Positions 21,129-29,324 of a stretch of 64,000 nt of DNA are shown piece after piece. The DNA is taken from assembly GCA_913046035.1 (NCBI GenBank), contig CAJWSW010000004.1, positions 6,927 to 70,926 on the forward strand. The letters are read 5' to 3'. Made by a program: the position numbers and the translations under genes. Source of the stretch: an uncultured Alphaproteobacteria bacterium. GTDB taxonomy: Bacteria; Pseudomonadota; Alphaproteobacteria; MPNO01; UBA830. How positions within the stretch are numbered: position 1 is the first letter of the stretch; every line of letters starts with the position of its first letter. The notes under the pieces were generated by a model. It worked only from the letters and a program-made list of their open reading frames with translations. It was not told the DNA's origin and made no database searches.

Positions 21129-22388
21129 TCATTGCCGACAAACCAAACGCTTCAACTTTGTTAGGCAGGCTTTTCGATCAGGTTGGAAAGATTGTCCGAC
21201 CCACCATTCCTCCATTTCCGAGAGAATTTCCCCAACCATTGGTCCCTCCTTAATGCCGATTTCCACTATGTCGCGGCCATCAAGAGGAAATTCCGGCGAC
21301 GTCCAAGCGGATGCTATTTCCCAGACATCTCTCCAGGCTTTTTGAGACCTGCGCATGTCGCCGGCCTCTGATGAGATCTCGTCAGCCCAATCCAGGAGTA
21401 TGAGGTCGCAAACCTGGTCGGGACTGGAAGAATACAAAGCACGCCGCAAAGACAAACCATTTTTTTTCATATCCAACACGCCACGGTTACGTATCAGATT
21501 TTCAAGCCGACGTGTATCCGTACGCGAAAACTTCAACCGGGCCGCGATCTTTAAGGTCTCACTGCGGCTTGGCGCAATTAACGCCGTCAGCCGCCGGATA
21601 GGATCAGGCTGGAGCGATAACATTTTTTCCAAAGTGGATAGCGCCTCAACCCGTGGTACAACCCGCTCAACGGGCAGCAACAAGCCGAGAAGGCCAATTT
21701 CCTCCATCATTTGGCAGATAAAAACGGGATTAGGGGCAACCAGCGTGCGCGACAATTCGTTCCAGATACGCTCTCCCGATAGAGTCTCGACATGTGTAAC
21801 AGCGGACCGGCAAGCAGCAAATGACTCTGGATCCGGACCCGATTTTGCAAAATAAGCGTGAAACCGGAAGAACCTTAAAATCCGAAGATAATCTTCTTTG
21901 ACACGTTCCAGTGCATCACCGATGAACCTTACCTTACCCGCATTGAGATCCTCTAAACCATTAAAATAATCATAAACTCTGCCGTCACGATCAGCTGAAA
22001 GCGCATTAAAAGTAAAGTCCCTCCGCGCAGCGTCTTCATACCAATCATCAGTAAATTCCACCTGAGCACGTCGCCCGTTGGTTGCAACATCTTTCCGTAA
22101 TGTCGTGATTTCGAATGCCCTCTCGCCTACTAACGCGGTAACCGTGCCATGATCAATGCCAGTTGGAACAACCCGAATCTCCGCCGCGCTAAGTACTCCG
22201 GAAACGCGTTCCGGGAGCGCATCGGTTGCCAAATCGATATCAGAGACAGTGTGACCTGCGATAGTATCGCGTATGCAGCCTCCGACGAACCGTATCGTGT
22301 GTCCTGCCTCGTTAAGAGCTCCAAAAATTCTCTCCGTGTCCGGCTCCAACATCCATGTGGGCGGGGATAGTTTATTAGCGATTGTCAC
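21129..22388 (-). CDS. cca: CCA tRNA nucleotidyltransferase (poly(A) polymerase family)
   Basis: GGCIRD and DIDLAT head-domain motifs. A GTGA overlap joins it to the upstream small ORF. Confidence 0.8.
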   Translation of the reverse strand: MTIANKLSPPTWMLEPDTERIFGALNEAGHTIRFVGGCIRDTIAGHTVSDIDLATDALPERVSGVLSAAEIRVVPTGIDHGTVTALVGERAFEITTLRKDVATNGRRAQVEFTDDWYEDAARRDFTFNALSADRDGRVYDYFNGLEDLNAGKVRFIGDALERVKEDYLRILRFFRFHAYFAKSGPDPESFAACRSAVTHVETLSGERIWNELSRTLVAPNPVFICQMMEEIGLLGLLLPVERVVPRVEALSTLEKMLSLQPDPIRRLTALIAPSRSETLKIAARLKFSRTDTRRLENLIRNRGVLDMKKNGLSLRRALYSSSPDQVCDLILLDWADEISSEAGDMRRSQKAWRDVWEIASAWTSPEFPLDGRDIVEIGIKEGPMVGEILSEMEEWWVGQSFQPDRKACLTKLKRLVCRQ

Positions 22389-22696
22389 CGCGATGTCATC
22401 GGTCGATCCGGCGCAATGCCGCGATCCAACCCCCTGGCAGCGTCGTCAACATTGATGGGCGAATAAGGCGCGGTAACAGTCTGGTCATGAAACAAAAGAA
22501 AACCACCCAATGTAAGAAGCGAAAGCAACACTCCAACAAATGTAAGCATTTTCAGTGGCGCGGATGTGATTTCCGGCGGCTCTTGTTCCCCAGTTGAAGG
22601 GTCCAGTTGAGGCTTTTTTCCGAATACATTCCACAGGTACCAAACTGCAAAAGGCAAAATTAAGGGAACAAAGGTTAAAAGCAGCAAACGGATCAT
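22385..22696 (-). CDS. small two-TM membrane protein (possibly DUF6111-like)
   Basis: 103 aa with hydrophobic N- and C-terminal segments. It is coupled at both ends by ATGA/GTGA overlaps between the NUDIX and cca genes. Confidence 0.55.
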   Translation of the reverse strand: MIRLLLLTFVPLILPFAVWYLWNVFGKKPQLDPSTGEQEPPEITSAPLKMLTFVGVLLSLLTLGGFLLFHDQTVTAPYSPINVDDAARGLDRGIAPDRPMTSR

Positions 22697-23328
22697 TTGA
22701 ACTCCAAAACATCACGCAGCGCGACAAGGAGGCGCGCAGTTAAGCCCCAAATATAGAGGTTTTCGAAGTGGAAGACATAGAACTTGTGATCGATTCCTCG
22801 GATAAGTCGCGTTTCGATTTTTTCATTAGAGTGGTCAAGGAAAAAACGCAACGGCACTTCGAACACCGCCTCCACCTCGCCCGGGTCGGTAACCACCTCT
22901 ATCGGAGGCTCAATTAGACCCACAACCGGCGTAACTTTAAAGCCACTCCCTGTTGTGCGTTGCCCAAGCCGCCCAACAAGATTAACTTTTTCGCGGGGCA
23001 GACCGATTTCCTCCTCGGTTTCGCGCAATGCGGTATCCTCCGCCGTTTCGTCACAAGGCTCCTTCTTTCCACCTGGAAACGATACCTGCCCCGGATGGCT
23101 TTTTAGGTGACGTGGGCGCTGTGTTAGAAGGATCGTAACGCCGTCTCCTCGGTTGATAAGCGGCACTAAAACTGCAGCAGGTATGACGCGTTTGGGGAGT
23201 AATTCTGTATCCTGCGACAGCCACCCGAAGCTATTTTCCTCCTTATCCAACGATGGCGGGTCAATCCCGGGACCAGAGAAAGAACGAAAAATATGACCGC
23301 GCGCAATCCGCGAACCGTGGTCAGGCAT
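22693..23328 (-). CDS. CoA pyrophosphatase (NUDIX hydrolase)
   Basis: Nudix box GGKKEPCDETAEDTALRETEEEIGL. The ATG at 23328 overlaps the DUF1285 stop (ATGCCTGA). The track ORF extends to 23418. Confidence 0.8.
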   Translation of the reverse strand: MPDHGSRIARGHIFRSFSGPGIDPPSLDKEENSFGWLSQDTELLPKRVIPAAVLVPLINRGDGVTILLTQRPRHLKSHPGQVSFPGGKKEPCDETAEDTALRETEEEIGLPREKVNLVGRLGQRTTGSGFKVTPVVGLIEPPIEVVTDPGEVEAVFEVPLRFFLDHSNEKIETRLIRGIDHKFYVFHFENLYIWGLTARLLVALRDVLEFK

Positions 23329-23896
23329 CGTCGAGCGGACCAATTTCAAAGACAACCCCGTTGCTACGAATGGTGAGCGTTGCCTTTCCGTTAATGCATC
23401 GTTCCTCCCCAAACTCAACCATTTCGTAAAAAACCGATCGGACGATTAATGCCTCTAGTCCCTCCCTAACCATGATATAAGGAGCGGGCTCGCCAGTTTG
23501 TCGGTCAATTGCGACACGAATGGCGTGATCAGGCCCCGCGGTTATGATTTCACCTATATTTGTGCGAAACCTGAGCACCTGTCCGCGCTCCTCGGAGTCG
23601 ATGCTCATTTCAACAGCGTTGAATGGCGCGTCGTCCACCGAAATCCTGCACATTTCTGCAGGTGTTATCAGCCAAAAATCGCCGGATGCATCGCGTTGCA
23701 GGACCGATGCAAATAACTTCACGAGCGGTTTCCGGCCTATGGGGGACCCGAGGTAATACCAGGTCCCGTCACGGGCTATACGAATGTCAATATCGCCGCA
23801 AATCTCAGGACGGTGGGCAACGCTATCATCGCTGTCAGCTTTGACCCCGCCTTCCAATAGTAAACGCTCGAGACCACTCAAGGAATATTTGGTCAT
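23321..23896 (-). CDS. DUF1285 domain protein
   Basis: 191 aa. Sequence style (DGTWYYLGSPI) and its position upstream of the CoA pyrophosphatase match DUF1285. Confidence 0.7.
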   Translation of the reverse strand: MTKYSLSGLERLLLEGGVKADSDDSVAHRPEICGDIDIRIARDGTWYYLGSPIGRKPLVKLFASVLQRDASGDFWLITPAEMCRISVDDAPFNAVEMSIDSEERGQVLRFRTNIGEIITAGPDHAIRVAIDRQTGEPAPYIMVREGLEALIVRSVFYEMVEFGEERCINGKATLTIRSNGVVFEIGPLDDA

Positions 23897-23964
23897 TTGC
23901 TTCTAACCACTTCTCACATAAACATTTTGACCGATTGTTAAAGAAACATCCAACCCCAGGCCAG

Positions 23965-24002
23965 CGCGCGTTAATTTCAGAATCGCGCGTTTATTTCAGA
24001 AT
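23965..24002. repeat. tandem direct repeat, 2 x 19 nt with one mismatch
   Basis: CGCGCGTTAATTTCAGAAT (23965-23983) is followed immediately by CGCGCGTTTATTTCAGAAT (23984-24002). The repeat lies in the divergent DUF1285/VOC intergenic region. Confidence 0.9.
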
Positions 24003-24209
24003 GGTGTAAGTTTGCAATCAAGTCGCCCAATGACCCGCGCAGCCGACGCCCCAGCAACAATGCGGGCCCAACAATTTTTCCGGTCGTGAGGAACGGTAGA
24101 ACAGGTTAAAAAGTTTTCAAAAATTTTTATTTTAGAGTACCTCGGAATATCATAGGGTCTCACCTGAATAGAAGGTAAATTTAAGGTAAGCGTAGCGAAA
24201 GGGAGGACG

Positions 24210-24707
24210 ATGGACACTCCAGCGGTAGAGACCTCTAAGGACCCAGCGTTAAAGCTAAACTTTTTGTCACATGGAACACTAGAATCCAAAAATTTGGACG
24301 CCGCGCGGAAGTTCTACACAGAATTTCTGGGGCTCGAGGTCGTCCGCACGAGCCCAATCTCGCTTCTGATACGTCTAGGAGGTGCTAACACAATCGCCGT
24401 TGTCGAGCAGAAAAATCGCGACGAAGAAATGCCAATGCTGAACCACAATGGGTTAGATGTTGAAACTCAAGAAGAGGTAAATAAGGCCTACGAGACGGTC
24501 ATGGAGCAAAGAGATAAGTGGGGCCTTCACAAAATCAGTAAGCCACTGCTCCAGCATGGGACATATAGTTTCTTTTTCTGGGACCAAGATAACAACTGCT
24601 GGGAAATTCTCACTAATCCGAAAGGCGGTTATAGCTGGCTCTTCGACAAAGGCGACCTTGAAGGCAAAGGTCACATGGATAAGAGCTTTGAGCGACCAGG
24701 GACTTGA
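24210..24707 (+). CDS. VOC (glyoxalase/bleomycin resistance/extradiol dioxygenase) family protein
   Basis: 165 aa with FYTEFLGLEVV, typical of the VOC fold. GGGAGG SD upstream. Confidence 0.7.
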   Translation: MDTPAVETSKDPALKLNFLSHGTLESKNLDAARKFYTEFLGLEVVRTSPISLLIRLGGANTIAVVEQKNRDEEMPMLNHNGLDVETQEEVNKAYETVMEQRDKWGLHKISKPLLQHGTYSFFFWDQDNNCWEILTNPKGGYSWLFDKGDLEGKGHMDKSFERPGT

Positions 24708-24817
24708 AAGGTCACGGATGTTTAAAAAAAACTACGTCCGGGCGGATAATTTAAAAAAGTGCGTTAAGACTGCCAAAAAGACAGCTTTTGGCGCTGGGGT
24801 ACGATGAGTTTAGGTAA

Positions 24818-24988
24818 TTAAAAGCCCAGACCGGTGCATACAGATAATATGAGCGACTGAACAAGGTAGACGTTCTGCATTGCCGGCACAGCAAGAGCGC
24901 CAATCAAGATCAGGGTCCCGATCAGAATATATTCTGGTTTGACATTTCTTTGTCGACTTTCTCGCTTTGATTTTAAAATTTTACTCAT
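24818..24988 (-). CDS. hypothetical 56-aa single-TM peptide
   Basis: ATG at 24988. The sequence is MSKILKSKRESRQRNVKPEYILIGTLILIGALAVPAMQNVYLVQSLILSVCTGLGF. It falls below the 60-aa track cutoff and has no recognised family. Confidence 0.25.
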   Translation of the reverse strand: MSKILKSKRESRQRNVKPEYILIGTLILIGALAVPAMQNVYLVQSLILSVCTGLGF

Positions 24989-25119
24989 AAAGCCAATTTA
25001 ATGTGGTAGCGATACAGATCAACATTGGTAACAAAGTAGTTAATATGCAATTCTAATTTTTCGACTGGAAGAAAAAGAAAGTCATAGCAACAAACACGGT
25101 TGAAAAATTCTAAAAAACA

Positions 25120-25141
25120 AGATACTATCCGCTCAGTATCT
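25120..25141. promoter_or_regulatory. inverted repeat, candidate TetR operator
   Basis: AGATACT-N8-AGTATCT ends 14 nt before the tetR ATG (25156), at the edge of an AT-rich stretch. Confidence 0.35.
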
Positions 25142-25155
25142 AAACAAAAAATTTT

Positions 25156-25809
25156 ATGAATACTCAAGCTCAAAATTTTGATGAAGTTACGGCGCGAGAT
25201 CGGCCAGCCACAAAACGTGAGCAACGTGCCGCAAGCATTGACGCCTTGCTGAACGAAGCCCTAACGCTTTTCATTACGCAAGGTTACCACGCCACAACCG
25301 TCGAGGTAATCGCGCAGGCTGCGGGTCTCACTAAAGGTGCGGTTTATTTTTACTTTAAAAGCAAGGCAAATGTCCTGACAACGCTCCTTGACCGAACCGA
25401 GGAACTGACAGTCGAACCCACAATAGCGGCCATGAACGCCGCCGGAGATAACCCAAAAGACCGGCTCAACGCATTTGTGAGGTCGCAGTCGGTGATCGGT
25501 GCTGAAAAGACAGAATACATGCTGCTTGCTATCCTAATGAGTGCTGAATTCAATGGATCAGGACACGCAATAGAAATACGGCTCATTGAACTGATGGCTC
25601 GTATGGAGAATGCCCTCAAAGAAACAGTTAAATCCGGACAAAAAGACGGGGTTTTTCGAAATGAAATCCGGGCAGATGAGATAGCCAGTGTAATAATGGC
25701 AACCAACAAAGGATGTTATGTCGAGTGGTACATGCGGGGCGATGACCTAAAGGGTCAGGATTTCGCGCGTGCTTTTAAAGATTTTGTATTCGATGGGGTT
25801 GCAGCCTAG
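25156..25809 (+). CDS. TetR/AcrR family transcriptional regulator
   Basis: The N-terminal HTH is TTVEVIAQAAGLTKGAVYFYFKSK. 217 aa. Confidence 0.85.
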   Translation: MNTQAQNFDEVTARDRPATKREQRAASIDALLNEALTLFITQGYHATTVEVIAQAAGLTKGAVYFYFKSKANVLTTLLDRTEELTVEPTIAAMNAAGDNPKDRLNAFVRSQSVIGAEKTEYMLLAILMSAEFNGSGHAIEIRLIELMARMENALKETVKSGQKDGVFRNEIRADEIASVIMATNKGCYVEWYMRGDDLKGQDFARAFKDFVFDGVAA

Positions 25810-25881
25810 CAAAAACGTTTCGCGCGCCCTAAATTAATGAAAGTTAACCCGAGTACCCGGTTAGTAGAAAGGAATATTATT

Positions 25882-26835
25882 ATGGCAACGGCACTTAAAG
25901 ATATCCAGGAAGATCCTCGTGAACGCGCCCTCCAAGAGAAGGTGGCGACTGGTTATCAGCTCGAAGACGTGGAAGAGATGACAGATCGTTACAAAGACGT
26001 TCTTGTTAACACTGTTCATATTGCCGCTGACCTAGAAGTGGTGACCTTACCGACTTACTCACCCGCGATTAAAACTTCCCCTACACTGGAAGATAAGATT
26101 GCTATTGCCGCTGCCTGCCAAGATGAACTTGGACACGCACAGATGATGTATCGAATTCTCGAAGACTTCGGATATGACACCCACTCTTTCCTATTCGAAC
26201 GCGATCCTGAAGAATGGCGAACTTTTCAGATGCTTGAATTCCCTCACGAGGATTACATCGAGTCGGTCGTGTCAATGTGCTACGGTGATCGTGCAGGCTA
26301 CATAACGACGGTTGACCTAGAAGAAAACTGCTCATACGCACCGCTGGCTCGGTCACTTCGGAAGGTAAACTACGAGGAAACATTTCACGTCAGTCACGGT
26401 GAGCGGTGGACGAAATTCTTTTGGAACCAGTCAGACGACAGTCGAAGGCGTGTGCAGGAAACCGTTGATTTTTATTTCCCACTTTGTGCTGCTTGGTTCG
26501 GCATGCCTGACGATCTAAAAACTCGGACGGATCAACTTGCCTACCGTGTGCGCGGCGCTTCCAATGATGAAATGCGCCAAAAATGGCTCTCTCGAGTGGT
26601 GCCTTTCTCAGAAAGTGTGGGTATTAAGGTTCCAGCTCACTATGACGCGGACCAAGGCAAATATGTTTTAGACTACGAGGCACCAATCTATCTTGATGAA
26701 GAGAAACGCGAATGGGATTACAGTCGCCAGATCACTTGGAAGGAGCAACTCAAGATTTGGAAAAAGGGTTCTAAACACAAAGTCCCCTCGATTGCCCGAG
26801 TCATTTCCGAAGAGTGGGGCAAGGATCTCTGGTAG
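25882..26835 (+). CDS. PaaA-like diiron oxygenase catalytic subunit (phenylacetic acid catabolic protein family)
   Basis: Two ExxH diiron motifs are present: DELGH (26122-26136) and EETFH (26374-26388). Length and context with PaaB/PaaC-like ORFs fit the family. The ATG at 25882 has AAAGGA upstream. Confidence 0.8.
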   Translation: MATALKDIQEDPRERALQEKVATGYQLEDVEEMTDRYKDVLVNTVHIAADLEVVTLPTYSPAIKTSPTLEDKIAIAAACQDELGHAQMMYRILEDFGYDTHSFLFERDPEEWRTFQMLEFPHEDYIESVVSMCYGDRAGYITTVDLEENCSYAPLARSLRKVNYEETFHVSHGERWTKFFWNQSDDSRRRVQETVDFYFPLCAAWFGMPDDLKTRTDQLAYRVRGASNDEMRQKWLSRVVPFSESVGIKVPAHYDADQGKYVLDYEAPIYLDEEKREWDYSRQITWKEQLKIWKKGSKHKVPSIARVISEEWGKDLW

Positions 26836-26861
26836 GTTCCCCAGACAATCAGGTCATCTAG

Positions 26862-27194
26862 ATGAACCACCACCCAACGCTACCGTCAAAAGCGGACGTC
26901 ATGCAGGCTCTTGAGGCGGTGCACGATCCGCACGTGCCTGTTAGCCTGCGACGGATGGGGATGTTGCGTGAGATTGACGTATCCCAAGACGGTGTTGTCA
27001 ACGTTCAAGTGTGCATCCCGTGCATGGGATGCCCCGGCGTAGGCATGTTGCGAGAGAATGTTCGCGAAGCGGTCCTTGCACTCCCTGGCGTTACTGGTGT
27101 TAATGTTGAAGAGGGATGGCATTTGCCGTGGTCACGAGAGATGATCGAGCCCGATGTTCAAGACATGATGCGGGTTAATGGCATACAGGTTTGA
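26862..27194 (+). CDS. DUF59 / MIP18-type protein equivalent to the N-terminal domain of PaaD
   Basis: 110 aa with VHDPHVPVSL...VQVCIPCMGCPG...HLPWS, the DUF59 pattern found in PaaD and SufT. Confidence 0.7.
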   Translation: MNHHPTLPSKADVMQALEAVHDPHVPVSLRRMGMLREIDVSQDGVVNVQVCIPCMGCPGVGMLRENVREAVLALPGVTGVNVEEGWHLPWSREMIEPDVQDMMRVNGIQV

Positions 27195-27211
27195 AAGGCG
27201 GGTGATGCGGG

Positions 27212-27484
27212 ATGGCTACCAAGCTTAAATCTAGGAAAAAAATTGATCAAAAGCGCGAGCGGGGTGGCACTGACCCAAAATATTATGAGGTATTTGCGCG
27301 AAAAGACTCTCACTCCGAACTCTCACATGTAGGTTCTGTTGAGGCACCAAACGATCAGTTAGCGCAGGTTCGTGCATGGTATATTTACGATCAGCACAAG
27401 TGGAAAGAAATGTGTGTTGTTCCGCTGGAGGCTATCATCACGGTAACTGAAGAAGGCAAGTCCGCTAAGATAAAGATGGCCTGA
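27212..27484 (+). CDS. PaaB-like small oxygenase subunit
   Basis: 90 aa. YEVFARKDSHSELSHVGSVEAPND...CVVPLEAI parallels the PaaB pattern WEVF-R...H-HVGS. Confidence 0.7.
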   Translation: MATKLKSRKKIDQKRERGGTDPKYYEVFARKDSHSELSHVGSVEAPNDQLAQVRAWYIYDQHKWKEMCVVPLEAIITVTEEGKSAKIKMA

Positions 27485-27509
27485 CAATGGAGAGATTGAG
27501 GAAATTATT

Positions 27510-28289
27510 ATGGCTTACACGCCTGGAAACCCTGGCACAAAATTAGATAACAACTTTGAAAACGACCTTTTAGCACTCGCTGACACCAAACTTGTGCTGG
27601 GTAACTGGTACGCAGAATGCGTGATGAATGGACGTTCCCTTCCTGATTTTGCAGCCATACTGGGTATGTGCACGTCTAATTATGGACACACTAGGGCGAT
27701 ATACCAGTACCTTGCTGCCCATGGACATGATTATGAGCATCTGGAACGGGGTCGTGGCCCAGAAGAAATACATTCCGCTAACCTTTTAGACAAAGCGCCG
27801 ACCGGGTGGGAAGATTTTATCGTTTCTACTTGGCTAGCGGAGCTTTCGACTTGGATGCTTGCCTCCGGTTTTTTGAACCACGAAGACCGGGCTGTCGCGG
27901 GCATCGCAAAGAAAATCGGCGAGGAAACATATTTTCATCTTAAATATGCGCAGGGTTGGTTCCAAATCATTGGTGAAGGCAAAAAACAAACTAAGCTCTT
28001 TCAAAAAGCCTTTGAAATCCGTTTCCCGCTTGCTCTTAGATGGTTTGGCCCCGCGCGGGGCAAAGACCCGGTACACCAAGCTGGTGACCGCAACACTCCA
28101 TTAAGAAAACTGCGTGATGCTTTTTTAAAGGAAGCAGGTAGTGCAGAAAAATTATTGGGCGCCGAACTTACTCAGGAAAAATCAGTTGACTTTGGAAAAG
28201 ACTGGCGCTCCAACGCTAGGCGCTCCGGCGCTATGCCTGACAGCTTGTTCGAAGTTGTGCGTTTCAAGGACTCGGAAATTGCCCACTAA
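27510..28289 (+). CDS. PaaC-like structural subunit (PaaA/PaaC family; diiron ligand motifs not evident)
   Basis: 259 aa. It opens with LLALADTKLVLGNWY like PaaC. I see no paired ExxH motifs. Confidence 0.75.
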   Translation: MAYTPGNPGTKLDNNFENDLLALADTKLVLGNWYAECVMNGRSLPDFAAILGMCTSNYGHTRAIYQYLAAHGHDYEHLERGRGPEEIHSANLLDKAPTGWEDFIVSTWLAELSTWMLASGFLNHEDRAVAGIAKKIGEETYFHLKYAQGWFQIIGEGKKQTKLFQKAFEIRFPLALRWFGPARGKDPVHQAGDRNTPLRKLRDAFLKEAGSAEKLLGAELTQEKSVDFGKDWRSNARRSGAMPDSLFEVVRFKDSEIAH

Positions 28290-28533
28290 CAGGTCTGATA
28301 CTTTTGAACGTGATCTAGGCGGATACGCTGCCCGACACCGCGATATGCACACAGGTGACCCTGATTTCGAAGGGGTGAAATGCCCCGAATGCGGCAGTGT
28401 TTCTCTTGAGGTTATATCCCTCTTTGGCGGAGCTGCCTCCGAGGTTATGTTTCGCTGCTGCGACTGCAACACCAGCTTCAATTGGATAAAATGGCGCGGT
28501 AAGTTGCCACCGGCGCCATCTGTAGAAAAATAA
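28279..28533 (+). CDS. stand-alone zinc-ribbon protein equivalent to the C-terminal module of PaaD
   Basis: CPECGS...SLFGG...FRCCDCNTSFNWIKW matches the PaaD C-terminal CPxCGS...FGS...YRCxxCxxPFxxFK pattern. The start is either TTG at 28279 (AAGGA 8 nt upstream, overlapping the paaC-like stop) or ATG at 28345. Confidence 0.55.
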   Translation: MPTNRSDTFERDLGGYAARHRDMHTGDPDFEGVKCPECGSVSLEVISLFGGAASEVMFRCCDCNTSFNWIKWRGKLPPAPSVEK

Positions 28534-28550
28534 ACAAATAGGATAAAAAC

Positions 28551-29312
28551 ATGCCCGACCGAGCTGTCACCACAACTAGGTCGGGGGAGACGGCGCTGGG
28601 TCAACGCCTCGGCGGTATGACTGACCCGGGCTTTAATCGCCCCGAGGTGCATGCGGAAGATGCACTGCTATCACGACGGTCCATAAGGTCTTTCGAAGAC
28701 AAACCTGTACCCAACAGTTTAATGCGACGGATCCTGGAAGCCGCCCGTTGGGCACCCTCCGGATCAAACATACAACCGTGGAAGGTGCACGTCTTAAACG
28801 GCGAGGCGCGGCAACGTTATAGCGATGCGATCATTTCTGCTGAGCGGAATGGCGAGAACCGCGATATGGAGTATAATTACTATGCCCCAGAATGGCGAGA
28901 GCCGTTCCTTGCACGACGACGAGCCTGCGGGTTCGGCCTTTATTCTGCAATGGGCATCGCCCGCGAGGACAAAGCCGCTCGACACGAGGCCTTCATCGAC
29001 AATTTCAGATTTTTTGGTGCCGCCACCGGCTTGCTTTTTTGGATACCCTCTGACCTAGAACACGGTTCTTGGTTGGATTATGGGACATTCATTCAGTCAA
29101 TCTCAATTGCTGCTCAGGGATGGGGGCTCGATACCATCGCCCAGGGCGCTCTTGGGGAATTCCCGCATGTCGCTCACAAAATGTTTGAAGTTGGTGATGA
29201 CTTTACCCTCATTGGCGGTATGAGCATCGGATGGATGGTCGAAGATAACCCGGTAAACCAATTCCAACCCGGCCGGATCGCGGTCGATGAATTCACAACC
29301 TGGATAGACTAA
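28551..29312 (+). CDS. nitroreductase family flavoprotein
   Basis: LLSRRSIRSFEDKPVP and WAPSGSN motifs. An N-terminal extension of about 35 aa suggests the alternative ATG at 28617 is possible. Confidence 0.8.
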   Translation: MPDRAVTTTRSGETALGQRLGGMTDPGFNRPEVHAEDALLSRRSIRSFEDKPVPNSLMRRILEAARWAPSGSNIQPWKVHVLNGEARQRYSDAIISAERNGENRDMEYNYYAPEWREPFLARRRACGFGLYSAMGIAREDKAARHEAFIDNFRFFGAATGLLFWIPSDLEHGSWLDYGTFIQSISIAAQGWGLDTIAQGALGEFPHVAHKMFEVGDDFTLIGGMSIGWMVEDNPVNQFQPGRIAVDEFTTWID

Positions 29313-29324
29313 AAGGAATGGTAA

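Noticed and set aside
28141-28278. N-terminal part of the 130-aa track ORF that contains the zinc ribbon.
   Set aside because: It lies inside the PaaC-like gene in another frame. Only the part from TTG 28279 or ATG 28345 is plausible.
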